NCBI GenBank assembly: GCA_035311685.1
Contig: DATGCS010000265.1
Span: 1 to 42,468 of the forward strand
Reading direction: 5' to 3'
Source: Wenzhouxiangellaceae bacterium
GTDB taxonomy: Bacteria; Pseudomonadota; Gammaproteobacteria; Xanthomonadales; Wenzhouxiangellaceae
DNA length: 42,468 nt
In this document: in pieces, positions 8,157-17,064 of the stretch
Layout: the number at the start of each line of letters is the position of its first letter
How positions within the stretch are numbered: the stretch's first letter is position 1
The notes under the pieces: model-generated
The model's database searches: none
Seen by the model: only the letters and a program-made list of their open reading frames with translations
Told to the model about the DNA's origin: nothing
Made by a program: the position numbers and the translations under genes

Positions 8157-10406
8157 TTAGAAGCGGCGTATGTACTGCGCACCCCAGGTTCTCGGCTCGT
8201 TGACGAAGCCGGTCAGGTTGTTGAAATCGATGCCGCCGACGATCCGGACCTGGTCGGTGATGTTGCGCCCGAACAACACGAATTCCTGGTCGCCGGCGTC
8301 CCAGTTGTAGCCGAGCCTGAGCCCGCCCTCGAGCAGGGTTTCGCCGGTGAATTCCACCGACTCGTAGAGAAAGAAGTTGACTTCGGTGCGGTAGGCCCAG
8401 TCGGTGAAGGCGAAAAGCTCGCCACCCTTGAAGGGAATGGCGTAGCGCGCGGTGGCGTTGGCCACCCAGCGCGGCGCCTGGGGCAGCCGGTTGCCGTCGA
8501 TGGAAACGGTGCCCGGGACCCGGCCAGGCGGGTCGAGCACGGTGCAGCCGCCGCCGCAGGGCTGGATGGAAAGCGTCGAGTCGTTGATCTTGGTGTAGTT
8601 GTGACTCATGCCGGCGGTCAGCGTGAACGCATCGGAGACGAACGCCTCCAGGTCGAGCTCGAAGCCCCTGCCGGCCGTGCTGTCGGCGTTGATCAGACGA
8701 TTGAAGTTGGCCTGGCCGCCGACCGCGGTCAGCTGCTGGTCATCGATCTTGTAGGCGTAGACCGACGCGTTGGCGCGCAGGCGTTCGTCGAACAGCATCG
8801 ACTTGAACCCGGCCTCGGCCGAAAACAGCGTTTCGGTGTCGGCCACCGAAATCTCGTCGCCGAACAGCAGCCTGCCCTGCACGCTGGGCGCGCGGAAACC
8901 CCTGGCCAGTCGCGTGTAGACGTTGACGTCGTCGGTGGCCTGATAAGTCAGGCTGAGGTCCCAGCTGTACTCGGTATCGTCCGGGCTGGCCCGGAGTACC
9001 GGCGTCGGCGGCGCGCCGAACGGCGAAAGCGTGCGCTGGGCCTTGAAGTCCTTGTCGTCGTTGGAAATTCTCAGGCCTGCGCGCATGCTCAGGCGATCGG
9101 TGAGTTCATAGTCGACGGATCCGAAGACCGCAATCGCGTTGGTCTCCTGCTCCTGTTGGGCAAAGCCGTCCTGGATGCCGCCGGCCAGCGTGTTGAAGTT
9201 GAGGCTGTCGATGGTCAGGTCCTCATAGAAGTAATACAGCCCGGCCTGCCACTGCAGCCGCGCGCTGGTATTCGACGACAGACGCAGTTCCTGGGTCACC
9301 TGAAGGTGTTCGGGAAGACCGTCGGCAGACTCGGCCGGGAACGGGATGAAGCCCGGCCCGAACGGCGGCGCGAACGAAGCGCCGAAGCCGCCGTCGATGT
9401 CGCCGCGGCTGATGATGTCGACACTCTCGACACCGGTAATCGAGGTCAGCACGGCATTGCCCAGGTCCCAGTTCATGGTCAGCGAACCGCCCAGCGCGTC
9501 CAGGTCCTGGTTGTTGGTGCCGTCTATTGCAACGGTGTTGAAGCTGAAGCCATCGACCAGGTCGTTTGTTCCAGGCTCGATGATGTTGGCGCGGAACAGA
9601 CGCGCGGTGCCATCGAGCGAGCGGAAGTGGAAATTGGCCAGCGCGTCGAAATTGCCCGTCTCGTAGAGCAGCTGAAAGCGACCGGCCACTTCCTCGTAGC
9701 CCTCGTATTCGTCATTCTCGCCGGTAAAGACGTTGTTGACGAAGTCGTCGCGCCGCTGCACCAGCACCGCCCCGCGATAGGACATCTGCCGGTTGATCGG
9801 CCCGCCGTATGCGCCCTCGAAATTCACGGCATTGTGCTCGCCGTAGGCAACCTGGGCGTATCCGCCCGGCGTCTGGGACGGCTTGCGCGATTCGAAGATC
9901 ACCGCCCCGGCCGGCGTGTTGCGGCCGAACGTGGTGCCCTGGGGCCCGCGCAGGTTCTCGATCCGCTCGATGTCGAACATCGGGAAGCCCTTGAGGATCG
10001 GGTTTTCCTGCACCACGCCGTCGTAGACCAGCGACACCGGCTGCGAGGCATTCAGGTCGAAATCGGTATTGCCCAGGCCACGGACGTAGAAGCGCGGGAA
10101 GGCCCGGCCGAAGGATGATTCGATCTGCAGGCTGGGCAGGCGCGACGACAGCAGGCGCACATCCTGGCCGCCGGTGGTCAGGGCGTTGAGCCTTTCCCCG
10201 GAAAGCACCGCAATCGAGACCGGCACTTCCTGCAGGTTCTGCTCGCGCTTTTGCGCGATCACGATGATCCGGTCCAGACCGGCATTTTCCGCTTCCGGTT
10301 CCTGCTCGCTTGCGGAAGACTGCGCCAATAGCGACGCGGATGCGGTCAACAGCAAGGCTGACAACAGCCAGATCGGGGCAACTCGGACAGTGGAAGATTC
10401 GGACAT
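8157..10406 (-). CDS. TonB-dependent outer-membrane receptor
   Basis: Start set at MSESSTV. Signal peptide, TonB box DRIIVIAQKR, plug motif RGPQGTTFGRNTPAGAV, C-terminal PRTWGAQYIRRF. Confidence 0.94.
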   Translation of the reverse strand: MSESSTVRVAPIWLLSALLLTASASLLAQSSASEQEPEAENAGLDRIIVIAQKREQNLQEVPVSIAVLSGERLNALTTGGQDVRLLSSRLPSLQIESSFGRAFPRFYVRGLGNTDFDLNASQPVSLVYDGVVQENPILKGFPMFDIERIENLRGPQGTTFGRNTPAGAVIFESRKPSQTPGGYAQVAYGEHNAVNFEGAYGGPINRQMSYRGAVLVQRRDDFVNNVFTGENDEYEGYEEVAGRFQLLYETGNFDALANFHFRSLDGTARLFRANIIEPGTNDLVDGFSFNTVAIDGTNNQDLDALGGSLTMNWDLGNAVLTSITGVESVDIISRGDIDGGFGASFAPPFGPGFIPFPAESADGLPEHLQVTQELRLSSNTSARLQWQAGLYYFYEDLTIDSLNFNTLAGGIQDGFAQQEQETNAIAVFGSVDYELTDRLSMRAGLRISNDDKDFKAQRTLSPFGAPPTPVLRASPDDTEYSWDLSLTYQATDDVNVYTRLARGFRAPSVQGRLLFGDEISVADTETLFSAEAGFKSMLFDERLRANASVYAYKIDDQQLTAVGGQANFNRLINADSTAGRGFELDLEAFVSDAFTLTAGMSHNYTKINDSTLSIQPCGGGCTVLDPPGRVPGTVSIDGNRLPQAPRWVANATARYAIPFKGGELFAFTDWAYRTEVNFFLYESVEFTGETLLEGGLRLGYNWDAGDQEFVLFGRNITDQVRIVGGIDFNNLTGFVNEPRTWGAQYIRRF

Positions 10407-10560
10407 CGTTTTTCCCTGGAAATAGAGGCGGTGGGTTCTCGAGCCTGCGGCGTCTGCGCCCCCGGTCGACCGCGAAAGTATAGCCGAACGGCGCGAGCCG
10501 GGGAAATTCCACGGCCCGCTCAGGCCCGCTTGCACAGCACCACCGGCAGTTGCCCTTATA

Positions 10561-10576
10561 CTGTATTTATTTACAG
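10561..10576. promoter_or_regulatory. LexA (SOS) box
   Basis: taCTGT-ATTTATTT-ACAGtt, a perfect CTGT-N8-ACAG with an AT-rich spacer, 14 bp before the dnaE2 ATG. It overlaps a possible TTGCCC-N16-TACAGT promoter. Confidence 0.9.
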
Positions 10577-10590
10577 TTTCAGTGCTCGCG

Positions 10591-13500
10591 ATGCATGCCT
10601 ACGCCGAACTTCATGCCCTGAGTTGTTTCAGCTTCCGCCGCGCCGCCTCGCAGCCCGGCGAACTGGTGCGGCGCGCGGCCGAACTGGGCTATCGCGCCAT
10701 CGCGATCACCGACGAATGCTCCATGGCCGGCATCGTCCGCGCCTGGGAAGCCGCCCGCAACTGCGGCATCAAGCTGATCGTCGGCAGCGAATTGCGGACT
10801 GCCGACGGCCTTCACCTGGTATTGCTGGCGCCGGACCAGGCCGCCTACGCCCAGATTTGTCGCCTGATCACCACGGCGCGGCGCCGCGCGGACAAAGGCG
10901 CCTACAAGCTCGAGCGCGGTGACCTGGAACAGGACCTGGACCGGGTGCTGGCGGTCTGGAAACCCGCCGAGCCGCCATCGGAAGCCGATGCCGAATGGCT
11001 GCAGCTGCGTTTCGGCGGCCGGCTGTGGATAGGCGCCACCCGGCTGCTGCGGCCGGGCGAGACGCGCTGGTTCGACGCCCTGCAACGACTGGCCGACAGA
11101 TACGCCCTGCGCTGCGTGGCTTGCGGCGACGCACGCATGCACAGACGCTCTCGACGCGCGCTGATGGATGTCATGAGTTCGCTTGAGCTCGGCCGCCCGC
11201 TGGCCGAATGCGGCCTGACGCTGGCGGCCAACGCCGAGCGCCACCTGCGCCCGATCGAGACCCTGGCCCGGCTGTATCCCCATGCCTGGCTGGCCGAGAC
11301 GCTCCGGCTGGCCGATGCCTGCGATTTCGATCCCGGTGCGCTGGAGTACAGGTATCCGGCCGAGCTCGTGCCCAAGCCCTATACGCCGTCGCGCTGGTTG
11401 AGGCACCTGACGCTGGAAGGCATGCGGAAGCGATTTCCCGACGGTGCCTCGGACGAGGTGCGCAAGCTGGTCGCGCGCGAACTCGACCTGATCGAGCAGA
11501 TGGGCGTGGAAGCGTTCTTTCTGACCGTCCACGATGTGGTCCGTTTCGCGCGCTCGCGCGACATCCTGTGCCAGGGACGCGGCTCGGCGGCGAATTCCGC
11601 GGTCTGCTACTGCCTGCACATCACCGAGGTCGATCCCGCACGCCAGCAGCTGCTGTTCGAACGCTTTATCTCGAAGGAGCGCGACGAGCCGCCGGACATC
11701 GACGTCGACTTCGAGCACGAACGTCGCGAAGAGGTGCTGCAGTACATCTACGAAAAATACGGCAGGGCCCGCGCGGCGCTGGCGGCCACCGTGATCTGCT
11801 ACCGCCCCAAAAGCGCGCTCAAGGACGTCGGCCGCGCACTCGGACTGGACCCGCAGCGCATGAACCGCCTGACCGCTTCGCTGGCCTGGTGGGACGATCC
11901 GGACGTGTGGCCCGAGCGTCTGCGCGAATGCGGATTCGACCCCGACGGCGCGACCGTGCGGCAACTGCTGGCGCTGACCGGCGAACTGGTCGGCTTCCCG
12001 CGCCACCTGTCGCAGCACGTGGGCGGTATGGTGATCGCAGACGAGCCGCTGCATCACCTCGTGCCGGTGGAAAACGCCGCGATGGCCGACCGGACCATCA
12101 TCCAGTGGGACAAGGACGACCTGGAATCGCTGGGCCTGCTCAAGGTCGACTGCCTTTCGCTGGGCATGCTCACGGCGTTGCGCAAGTCGATGGCGCTGGT
12201 CAACCGGTGGCAAGACGCATCCGGAACCGAACCCTTATTGAGCCTGGCCAGCATGCCGCGTGAAGATCCGGCCACTTATGAAATGCTCTGCAAGGGCGAC
12301 GCCACGGGCGTGTTCCAGGTCGAATCGCGGGCCCAGATGGCGATGCTGCCCAGGCTGAAGCCGCGCTGCTTCCAGGACCTGGTCGTCGAGGTCGCGATCG
12401 TCCGCCCGGGCCCCATCCAGGGCGACATGGTGCATCCGTATCTCGAGCGGCGCGAGAATCCGGACAAGGTCGACTATCCCGGCGATGCGCTGAAGAAAGT
12501 GCTGGAGCGCACCCTGGGCGTGCCGATCTTCCAGGAACAGGTCATGCAGATCGCGATCGTGGCGGCCGGATTCACGCCCGGCGAGGCCGATCAGCTGCGC
12601 CGCGCCATGGCGGCCTGGAAGCGTCGCGGCGGGTTGGAGCCGTTTCGCGAAAAGCTCGTCCAGGGCATGCTCGCGCGCGGCTACGGCAACGATTTCGCCG
12701 AGCGCATCTACAGCCAGATCTGTGGTTTCGGCGATTACGGCTTTCCCGAATCGCACGCGGCCAGCTTCGCGTTGCTGACCTATTTCTCGGCCTGGATGAA
12801 ATGCCATCACCCGGCCGCATTCACCTGCGGCCTGCTCAACAGCCAGCCCATGGGGTTCTATGCCCCGGCCCAACTGATCAACGATGCGCGCCGTCACGGC
12901 GTAAGAGTGCTGCCGGCAGACGTTCGATACAGCGTGTGGGATTGCGAGCTCGAATCAGGGGCCGGTCGAGTCGAGTACGCCGATGATATGACGCCGACAT
13001 ATCGCCCTGATTCGAATTGCGTCGGGGATGTGACCCCGACCTACGCTACGGCTACGGCTCCAGATCGGACCGGCGCTGCGAGTTCATCACCCAGCGGATC
13101 GAACGTCACCGGGCCTGACCGAACAGGACCTGCTATTCGACTCGGCCTGCGCATGATTGGCGGGCTGCACAGGGATACGGCCGAGCGGCTATGCGCGGCA
13201 AGACAACGACAGCCGTTCCGCGACATTCAGGATCTCGCCGAGCGCGCCCGACTGGACAGATCCTCGTTGAAAGCGCTGACCGAAGCCGGTGCACTCAAGG
13301 CCCTGGCCGGTCACCGCAGGCGGGCGCGCTGGAATGCAATGGCCGCCCGTCATCAGGGGGATCTGCTGGCCGAAAGTCGAATCGACGAGCGTCAGCCGCG
13401 GCTCGCGTTGCCCTCATCCCGCGAAGACCTGCTGGATGACTACGCCAGCACCGGCCTCAGCCTGGCGCATCATCCGATCGCGCTGCTGCGCAAGCGGCTG

Positions 13501-13830
13501 GGCAAGCGGGTGCGAAGCGCCAGGCAGTTGCGCGACGACGCCGACGGCCTTGCCGTCCAGGCCGCCGGGCTGGTCACCCACCGCCAGCGACCGGGTACCG
13601 CGTCGGGTGTGATCTTTCTATCGCTGGAAGACGAGACCGGTATCGTCAACGTGATCGTGTGGCCGAAGCTGGTCGAGCGCTTCCGCGCCGAGGTATTGCA
13701 GGCCGGACTGCTGAAGGTACACGGCAAGCTGCAGAACGCCAACGGCAGCCAGCACGTGGTGGCGGCGCGGTTCGAAACGCTGGACGGCTGGCTGGACGGA
13801 CTGGCCGCGGAATCGCGGGATTTCTGCTGA
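10591..13830 (+). CDS. dnaE2: Error-prone DNA polymerase DnaE2/ImuC
   Basis: YAELHALSCFSF PHP start, GRGSAANS, PPDIDVDFEH, YGFPESHAASFA, QRPGTASGV OB-fold, C-terminal SRDF motif. Confidence 0.96.
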   Translation: MHAYAELHALSCFSFRRAASQPGELVRRAAELGYRAIAITDECSMAGIVRAWEAARNCGIKLIVGSELRTADGLHLVLLAPDQAAYAQICRLITTARRRADKGAYKLERGDLEQDLDRVLAVWKPAEPPSEADAEWLQLRFGGRLWIGATRLLRPGETRWFDALQRLADRYALRCVACGDARMHRRSRRALMDVMSSLELGRPLAECGLTLAANAERHLRPIETLARLYPHAWLAETLRLADACDFDPGALEYRYPAELVPKPYTPSRWLRHLTLEGMRKRFPDGASDEVRKLVARELDLIEQMGVEAFFLTVHDVVRFARSRDILCQGRGSAANSAVCYCLHITEVDPARQQLLFERFISKERDEPPDIDVDFEHERREEVLQYIYEKYGRARAALAATVICYRPKSALKDVGRALGLDPQRMNRLTASLAWWDDPDVWPERLRECGFDPDGATVRQLLALTGELVGFPRHLSQHVGGMVIADEPLHHLVPVENAAMADRTIIQWDKDDLESLGLLKVDCLSLGMLTALRKSMALVNRWQDASGTEPLLSLASMPREDPATYEMLCKGDATGVFQVESRAQMAMLPRLKPRCFQDLVVEVAIVRPGPIQGDMVHPYLERRENPDKVDYPGDALKKVLERTLGVPIFQEQVMQIAIVAAGFTPGEADQLRRAMAAWKRRGGLEPFREKLVQGMLARGYGNDFAERIYSQICGFGDYGFPESHAASFALLTYFSAWMKCHHPAAFTCGLLNSQPMGFYAPAQLINDARRHGVRVLPADVRYSVWDCELESGAGRVEYADDMTPTYRPDSNCVGDVTPTYATATAPDRTGAASSSPSGSNVTGPDRTGPAIRLGLRMIGGLHRDTAERLCAARQRQPFRDIQDLAERARLDRSSLKALTEAGALKALAGHRRRARWNAMAARHQGDLLAESRIDERQPRLALPSSREDLLDDYASTGLSLAHHPIALLRKRLGKRVRSARQLRDDADGLAVQAAGLVTHRQRPGTASGVIFLSLEDETGIVNVIVWPKLVERFRAEVLQAGLLKVHGKLQNANGSQHVVAARFETLDGWLDGLAAESRDFC
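13021..13044 (-). repeat. GTAG-family REP-like palindrome inside dnaE2 (degenerate second copy at 12979-13002)
   Basis: Minus strand reads GTAG-GTCGGGG-TCACAT-CCCCGAC. The upstream copy matches at 17/24 positions. Confidence 0.65.
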
Positions 13831-13887
13831 AAATCCATACAAGGCTGCTTCGGGGACGTTCGGAAGCATCCGCCCGGATTCGATCAG

Positions 13888-15114
13888 CTAGCTCCGGCTG
13901 TACTGGCGGCAGTGATCGCGTGTGCCGACATAATACAGACCGCCATTCAGGCCGTAGCTCGACGGATCAAGCTGCTCGGCCCTGTCGGCCTGTTCGGTGG
14001 CCGTAATCAGCGTCTCGTATTCGTCGATGCTCAGGCGCCGCCGGGCCGCCAATTGATCGGCCGGATCCAGCGCGTCGCGCCAGCGCGCGGCCTCTTCGCC
14101 GATGCGACCGATGCAGAAGGTCGCACCGCACCCGCTGCCGTAGGAGAAGAGGCTCACCTCACGCTCGGCCAGGCTTTCGGCGGCCTGACGCAGCAGATCG
14201 ATCAATGCAAGGAAAAGCGAACCGGTGTAGATGTTGCCGATCTCGGCATTCAGGCCCAGCCAGGGCGCCGCCAGGCGCTGATAACTGTCGGTCAGCATTC
14301 GCCAGGATTCGTTGTGATCCTTGCTCAACGGCCCGCCCTGCTCCATCTCGAGCTGGCGCTGGTGCGCCTTGAACGCCATCTTGACGAAAGGCACGTGATA
14401 CAGACAGGCGGCCAGACCGGCCAGCAGGTCGGATCGCTCGCCGACCGCGTCCACGCGCGCGCCGGTCAGCGCATCCAGGTAGCACTGAATGGAATAATGA
14501 CCATCGGCAAATGCATACTTCGAATACAGCGGACGCCAGAAATCCATGACCTGCCGCGTGTAATCCCCGATGCGGCACGGGTCCATGCTCAGCAAGCGCG
14601 GTTTATCGGACACCACCATTGCAACGGCGCCGGCACCCTGCGTGGGTTCTCCGGCGGTACCGAGCCCGTAACGCGCGATATCGGAGGCAATCACCAGCGC
14701 CTTGCGCCCGCGCGCCCGGCCTGATGCGATCCAGTCGATCGAAGCGGTCAGGCCCGCCATCGCCCCGTAGCATGCGTGCTTGGTCTCGAAGGTCCGGCAA
14801 CGCTGGTCAAGACCCAGCATTTCATGGACATAAACCGCAACCGGCTTGCTGTGATCGACGCCGGTCTCGGTGCCCACGATCAATGTTCCGATCTCCGAAG
14901 GATCGATATCAAATCCTTGCAAGGCTCGAGAAGCGGCATCCGCCGCCATCGTGACGGTATCTTCGCAAGGACTCGCAATCGCCATCCTGCGCTGGCCCAG
15001 CCCCTTGAGATACTTGCCGGGATCGACGCCCCTGGCCTTGGCCAGATCGGTCATTTCAACGAAACCGGCCGGGCCGGCGAAAGCGAGGGCGTCTATGCCC
15101 GCTGGATTACTCAA
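13888..15114 (-). CDS. mvaS: Hydroxymethylglutaryl-CoA synthase (TTG start)
   Basis: Catalytic Glu (GTETG), Cys (KHACYG) and His (YHVPF), plus GEPTQGAGAVA, GNIYTGS and FSYGSG. Confidence 0.9.
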   Translation of the reverse strand: MSNPAGIDALAFAGPAGFVEMTDLAKARGVDPGKYLKGLGQRRMAIASPCEDTVTMAADAASRALQGFDIDPSEIGTLIVGTETGVDHSKPVAVYVHEMLGLDQRCRTFETKHACYGAMAGLTASIDWIASGRARGRKALVIASDIARYGLGTAGEPTQGAGAVAMVVSDKPRLLSMDPCRIGDYTRQVMDFWRPLYSKYAFADGHYSIQCYLDALTGARVDAVGERSDLLAGLAACLYHVPFVKMAFKAHQRQLEMEQGGPLSKDHNESWRMLTDSYQRLAAPWLGLNAEIGNIYTGSLFLALIDLLRQAAESLAEREVSLFSYGSGCGATFCIGRIGEEAARWRDALDPADQLAARRRLSIDEYETLITATEQADRAEQLDPSSYGLNGGLYYVGTRDHCRQYSRS

Positions 15115-15180
15115 GATGTTATTCCGATAATTCGCCCAGCGCAGGAAAATAGCACAGCTACGCGTGCTGCGCGCGCACGC

Positions 15181-16074
15181 TCAACCGGTTCGCGCCGATC
15201 CGCCCGATGATGAATCGAGCAACAGGAAGCCGCAGGTATAGCAGGCATTCAGAAATTCGGCGACGTCACTGCGATCTGCCTTTGCGCTTTCGGCAAGTTC
15301 ATCAACACCTACAGGCTCGCGAATCAGGATTCTCGCCTGTCGGGAATAAGCCGTATCCGACAGTGCCTGCAAAGGCACCTGGGGCAGCATGAAGCGGATT
15401 TCGCCGACAAGATCCGGATGGAGCGCGCCGCTGGAAAGCGCAAGTCCGGCACGCCACTTCAGGTTGGCCAGGTTCTGCTGCTCCAGCCCGTCGGTGTGCT
15501 CCACAAGTTCCTGGCTGGCCAGCGCACGCGCCTCGTCGCGGGCGAAATGACGCCGGAGCAGCCGCGCCAGCTCCCTGTCCGAAGCGCTTGAATACCAGAC
15601 GCCGGAGCCCGGATCGATCACGAGCTCGGGGAGATAGTCGCCGCCGATCATGACGGCCTGATCCCAGTTGTGCCGCCGCAGATGCTCGGCCAGCGGGAGT
15701 TCCGCGGCATCGTCGCCGAATGCCAGGGTCGGCCACTGGTCCTCGACCCCGGGATCGCTTGAGGCGCTGGCAAAATCCGACAGCAGTTTGAGCAGCTGCT
15801 GTGATCTTATCGGCTTGTACAGCACGAAGCGGGCCGCAAAGTCGCGGCGGCGGGTCAGCGCCGCTGCCGGACGCTGCTTGTGGCTGACGTCGGGCCAGAT
15901 CGCCGCGCCGTCGGGATTGTCGACGTCGACCAGCACGGCGTCGCCGTCATCACGCTCGAAGTCGATCTCCCAGGATTGCTCCGATTTTCCACCCGACAGC
16001 CCCAACAGGGATCTCAATACTTTCAGATCCTTGCTGCTGACATTCAATGTACTCAGTCGGAGCGAAACAGCCAC
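15181..16074 (-). CDS. Hypothetical protein with degenerate receiver-like N-terminus and winged-helix-like C-terminus
   Basis: GDAVLVDVDNPDG...VLYKPIRSQQLLKLL (REC-like KP) and VAEFLNACYTCGFL. Fills the gap co-directionally with its neighbours. Confidence 0.65.
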   Translation of the reverse strand: MAVSLRLSTLNVSSKDLKVLRSLLGLSGGKSEQSWEIDFERDDGDAVLVDVDNPDGAAIWPDVSHKQRPAAALTRRRDFAARFVLYKPIRSQQLLKLLSDFASASSDPGVEDQWPTLAFGDDAAELPLAEHLRRHNWDQAVMIGGDYLPELVIDPGSGVWYSSASDRELARLLRRHFARDEARALASQELVEHTDGLEQQNLANLKWRAGLALSSGALHPDLVGEIRFMLPQVPLQALSDTAYSRQARILIREPVGVDELAESAKADRSDVAEFLNACYTCGFLLLDSSSGGSARTG

Positions 16075-16103
16075 CGGGCACTCGCGGGTTGAGGTGAAAT
16101 CCC

Positions 16104-16158
16104 ATGTTACCGGACAAGCAGGGACGCGCCAAGCACAACTATCGCGATGAACATCACA
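16104..16158 (-). promoter_or_regulatory. sigma70-like promoter with upstream CRP/Clp-like site
   Basis: Minus strand TGTGA-TGTTCA-TCGCG (16158-16143), then TTGGCG-N17-TAACAT (16132-16104). Confidence 0.45.
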
Positions 16159-16242
16159 TCTTGGGCCTCAGGCACCAACGCAGTGCATCGCCGCGGATCG
16201 AGAACACCGCTTACAGCGCGATAATCTTCAAGCTCCCAACGA

Positions 16243-16983
16243 TCAATTTACCTGATCGAATCCGACCAGCGCCTCGATGACGTCCTTGACGTTCTGCATC
16301 GCACCCTGGAGCACCTGATGAATATCGTCCTCGGTTATAGGGCCGTCTTCCAGCCCCGCGCCCGCATTCGCCACGACACAGAGACTTGCATAGTCCAGCC
16401 CGGCTTCGCGTGCCAGGGCGGCTTCCGGCATCGCGGTCATGCCGACCACATCACAGCCTTCGGACGCCAGTCTCGACACCTCGGCTGCGGTCTCCAGGCG
16501 CGGCCCCTGAGTGACGGCGTGGCAGCCGCCGTCGACGAGCTCATGGCCGACCTGTCGGGCCGCATCGAGCAGCCGGTCGCGCAGCGGACCGTCGAACGGG
16601 CGAGTGAAGTCGATGTGTTTCAACGGGGCGGACCCACCGTCGCTGAATGTATGTGCCCTGCCCCAGGTGTAATCTATGATCTGGTCCGGCGCCACCATCG
16701 AACCGGCAGGAAGTCCGGCCACCAGGCCACCGACGGCGTTGATCGCAAGCACCGAATCGACGCCCAGAATCTTCAGCGCATGAATGTTCGCCCTGTAATT
16801 GATCTTGTGCGGCGGAATCCGGTGCGGATCGCCATGACGCGCGAGAAACCAGAGTTCGGTGTCAGCGACCGCGACCTGCCGCGGGCGATCGGACGGCGCA
16901 CCGAACGGCGTCGTCAAGGCCATGTTGCGCAACGTCTCGAACAGCTGTAGCGCCCCCGTCCCACCCATGACTGCAAGCTTCAT
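16243..16983 (-). CDS. S-methyl-5'-thioinosine/thioadenosine phosphorylase
   Basis: MGGTG, TPFGAPS, LARHG, PHKINYRANI, QGPRLETAAE and VVGMTAMPEA motifs of the MTAP/MTIP family. Confidence 0.92.
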   Translation of the reverse strand: MKLAVMGGTGALQLFETLRNMALTTPFGAPSDRPRQVAVADTELWFLARHGDPHRIPPHKINYRANIHALKILGVDSVLAINAVGGLVAGLPAGSMVAPDQIIDYTWGRAHTFSDGGSAPLKHIDFTRPFDGPLRDRLLDAARQVGHELVDGGCHAVTQGPRLETAAEVSRLASEGCDVVGMTAMPEAALAREAGLDYASLCVVANAGAGLEDGPITEDDIHQVLQGAMQNVKDVIEALVGFDQVN

Positions 16984-17064
16984 ACCCAACTCTCCCGCAA
17001 GGACGGTGCCATGAAGGCAACATCGTCAATCGTTATCTTCAATCGCTATCTTCAATCGATATGG

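Noticed and set aside
8601-10118. 505-aa + strand ORF
   Set aside because: Antisense to the TonB-dependent receptor; typical shadow composition.
10407-10535. Cobalamin or other riboswitch upstream of the TBDR; N-terminal ORF extension
   Set aside because: No B12-box or other recognisable aptamer. A TATACT -10 at 10482-10477 implies a short leader, and the extension precedes the signal peptide.
10579-12213. 544-aa - strand ORF
   Set aside because: Antisense shadow of dnaE2.
12955-13135. Intein in DnaE2
   Set aside because: Too short, with no C/S...HN splice-junction motifs; better explained as a repeat-derived linker.
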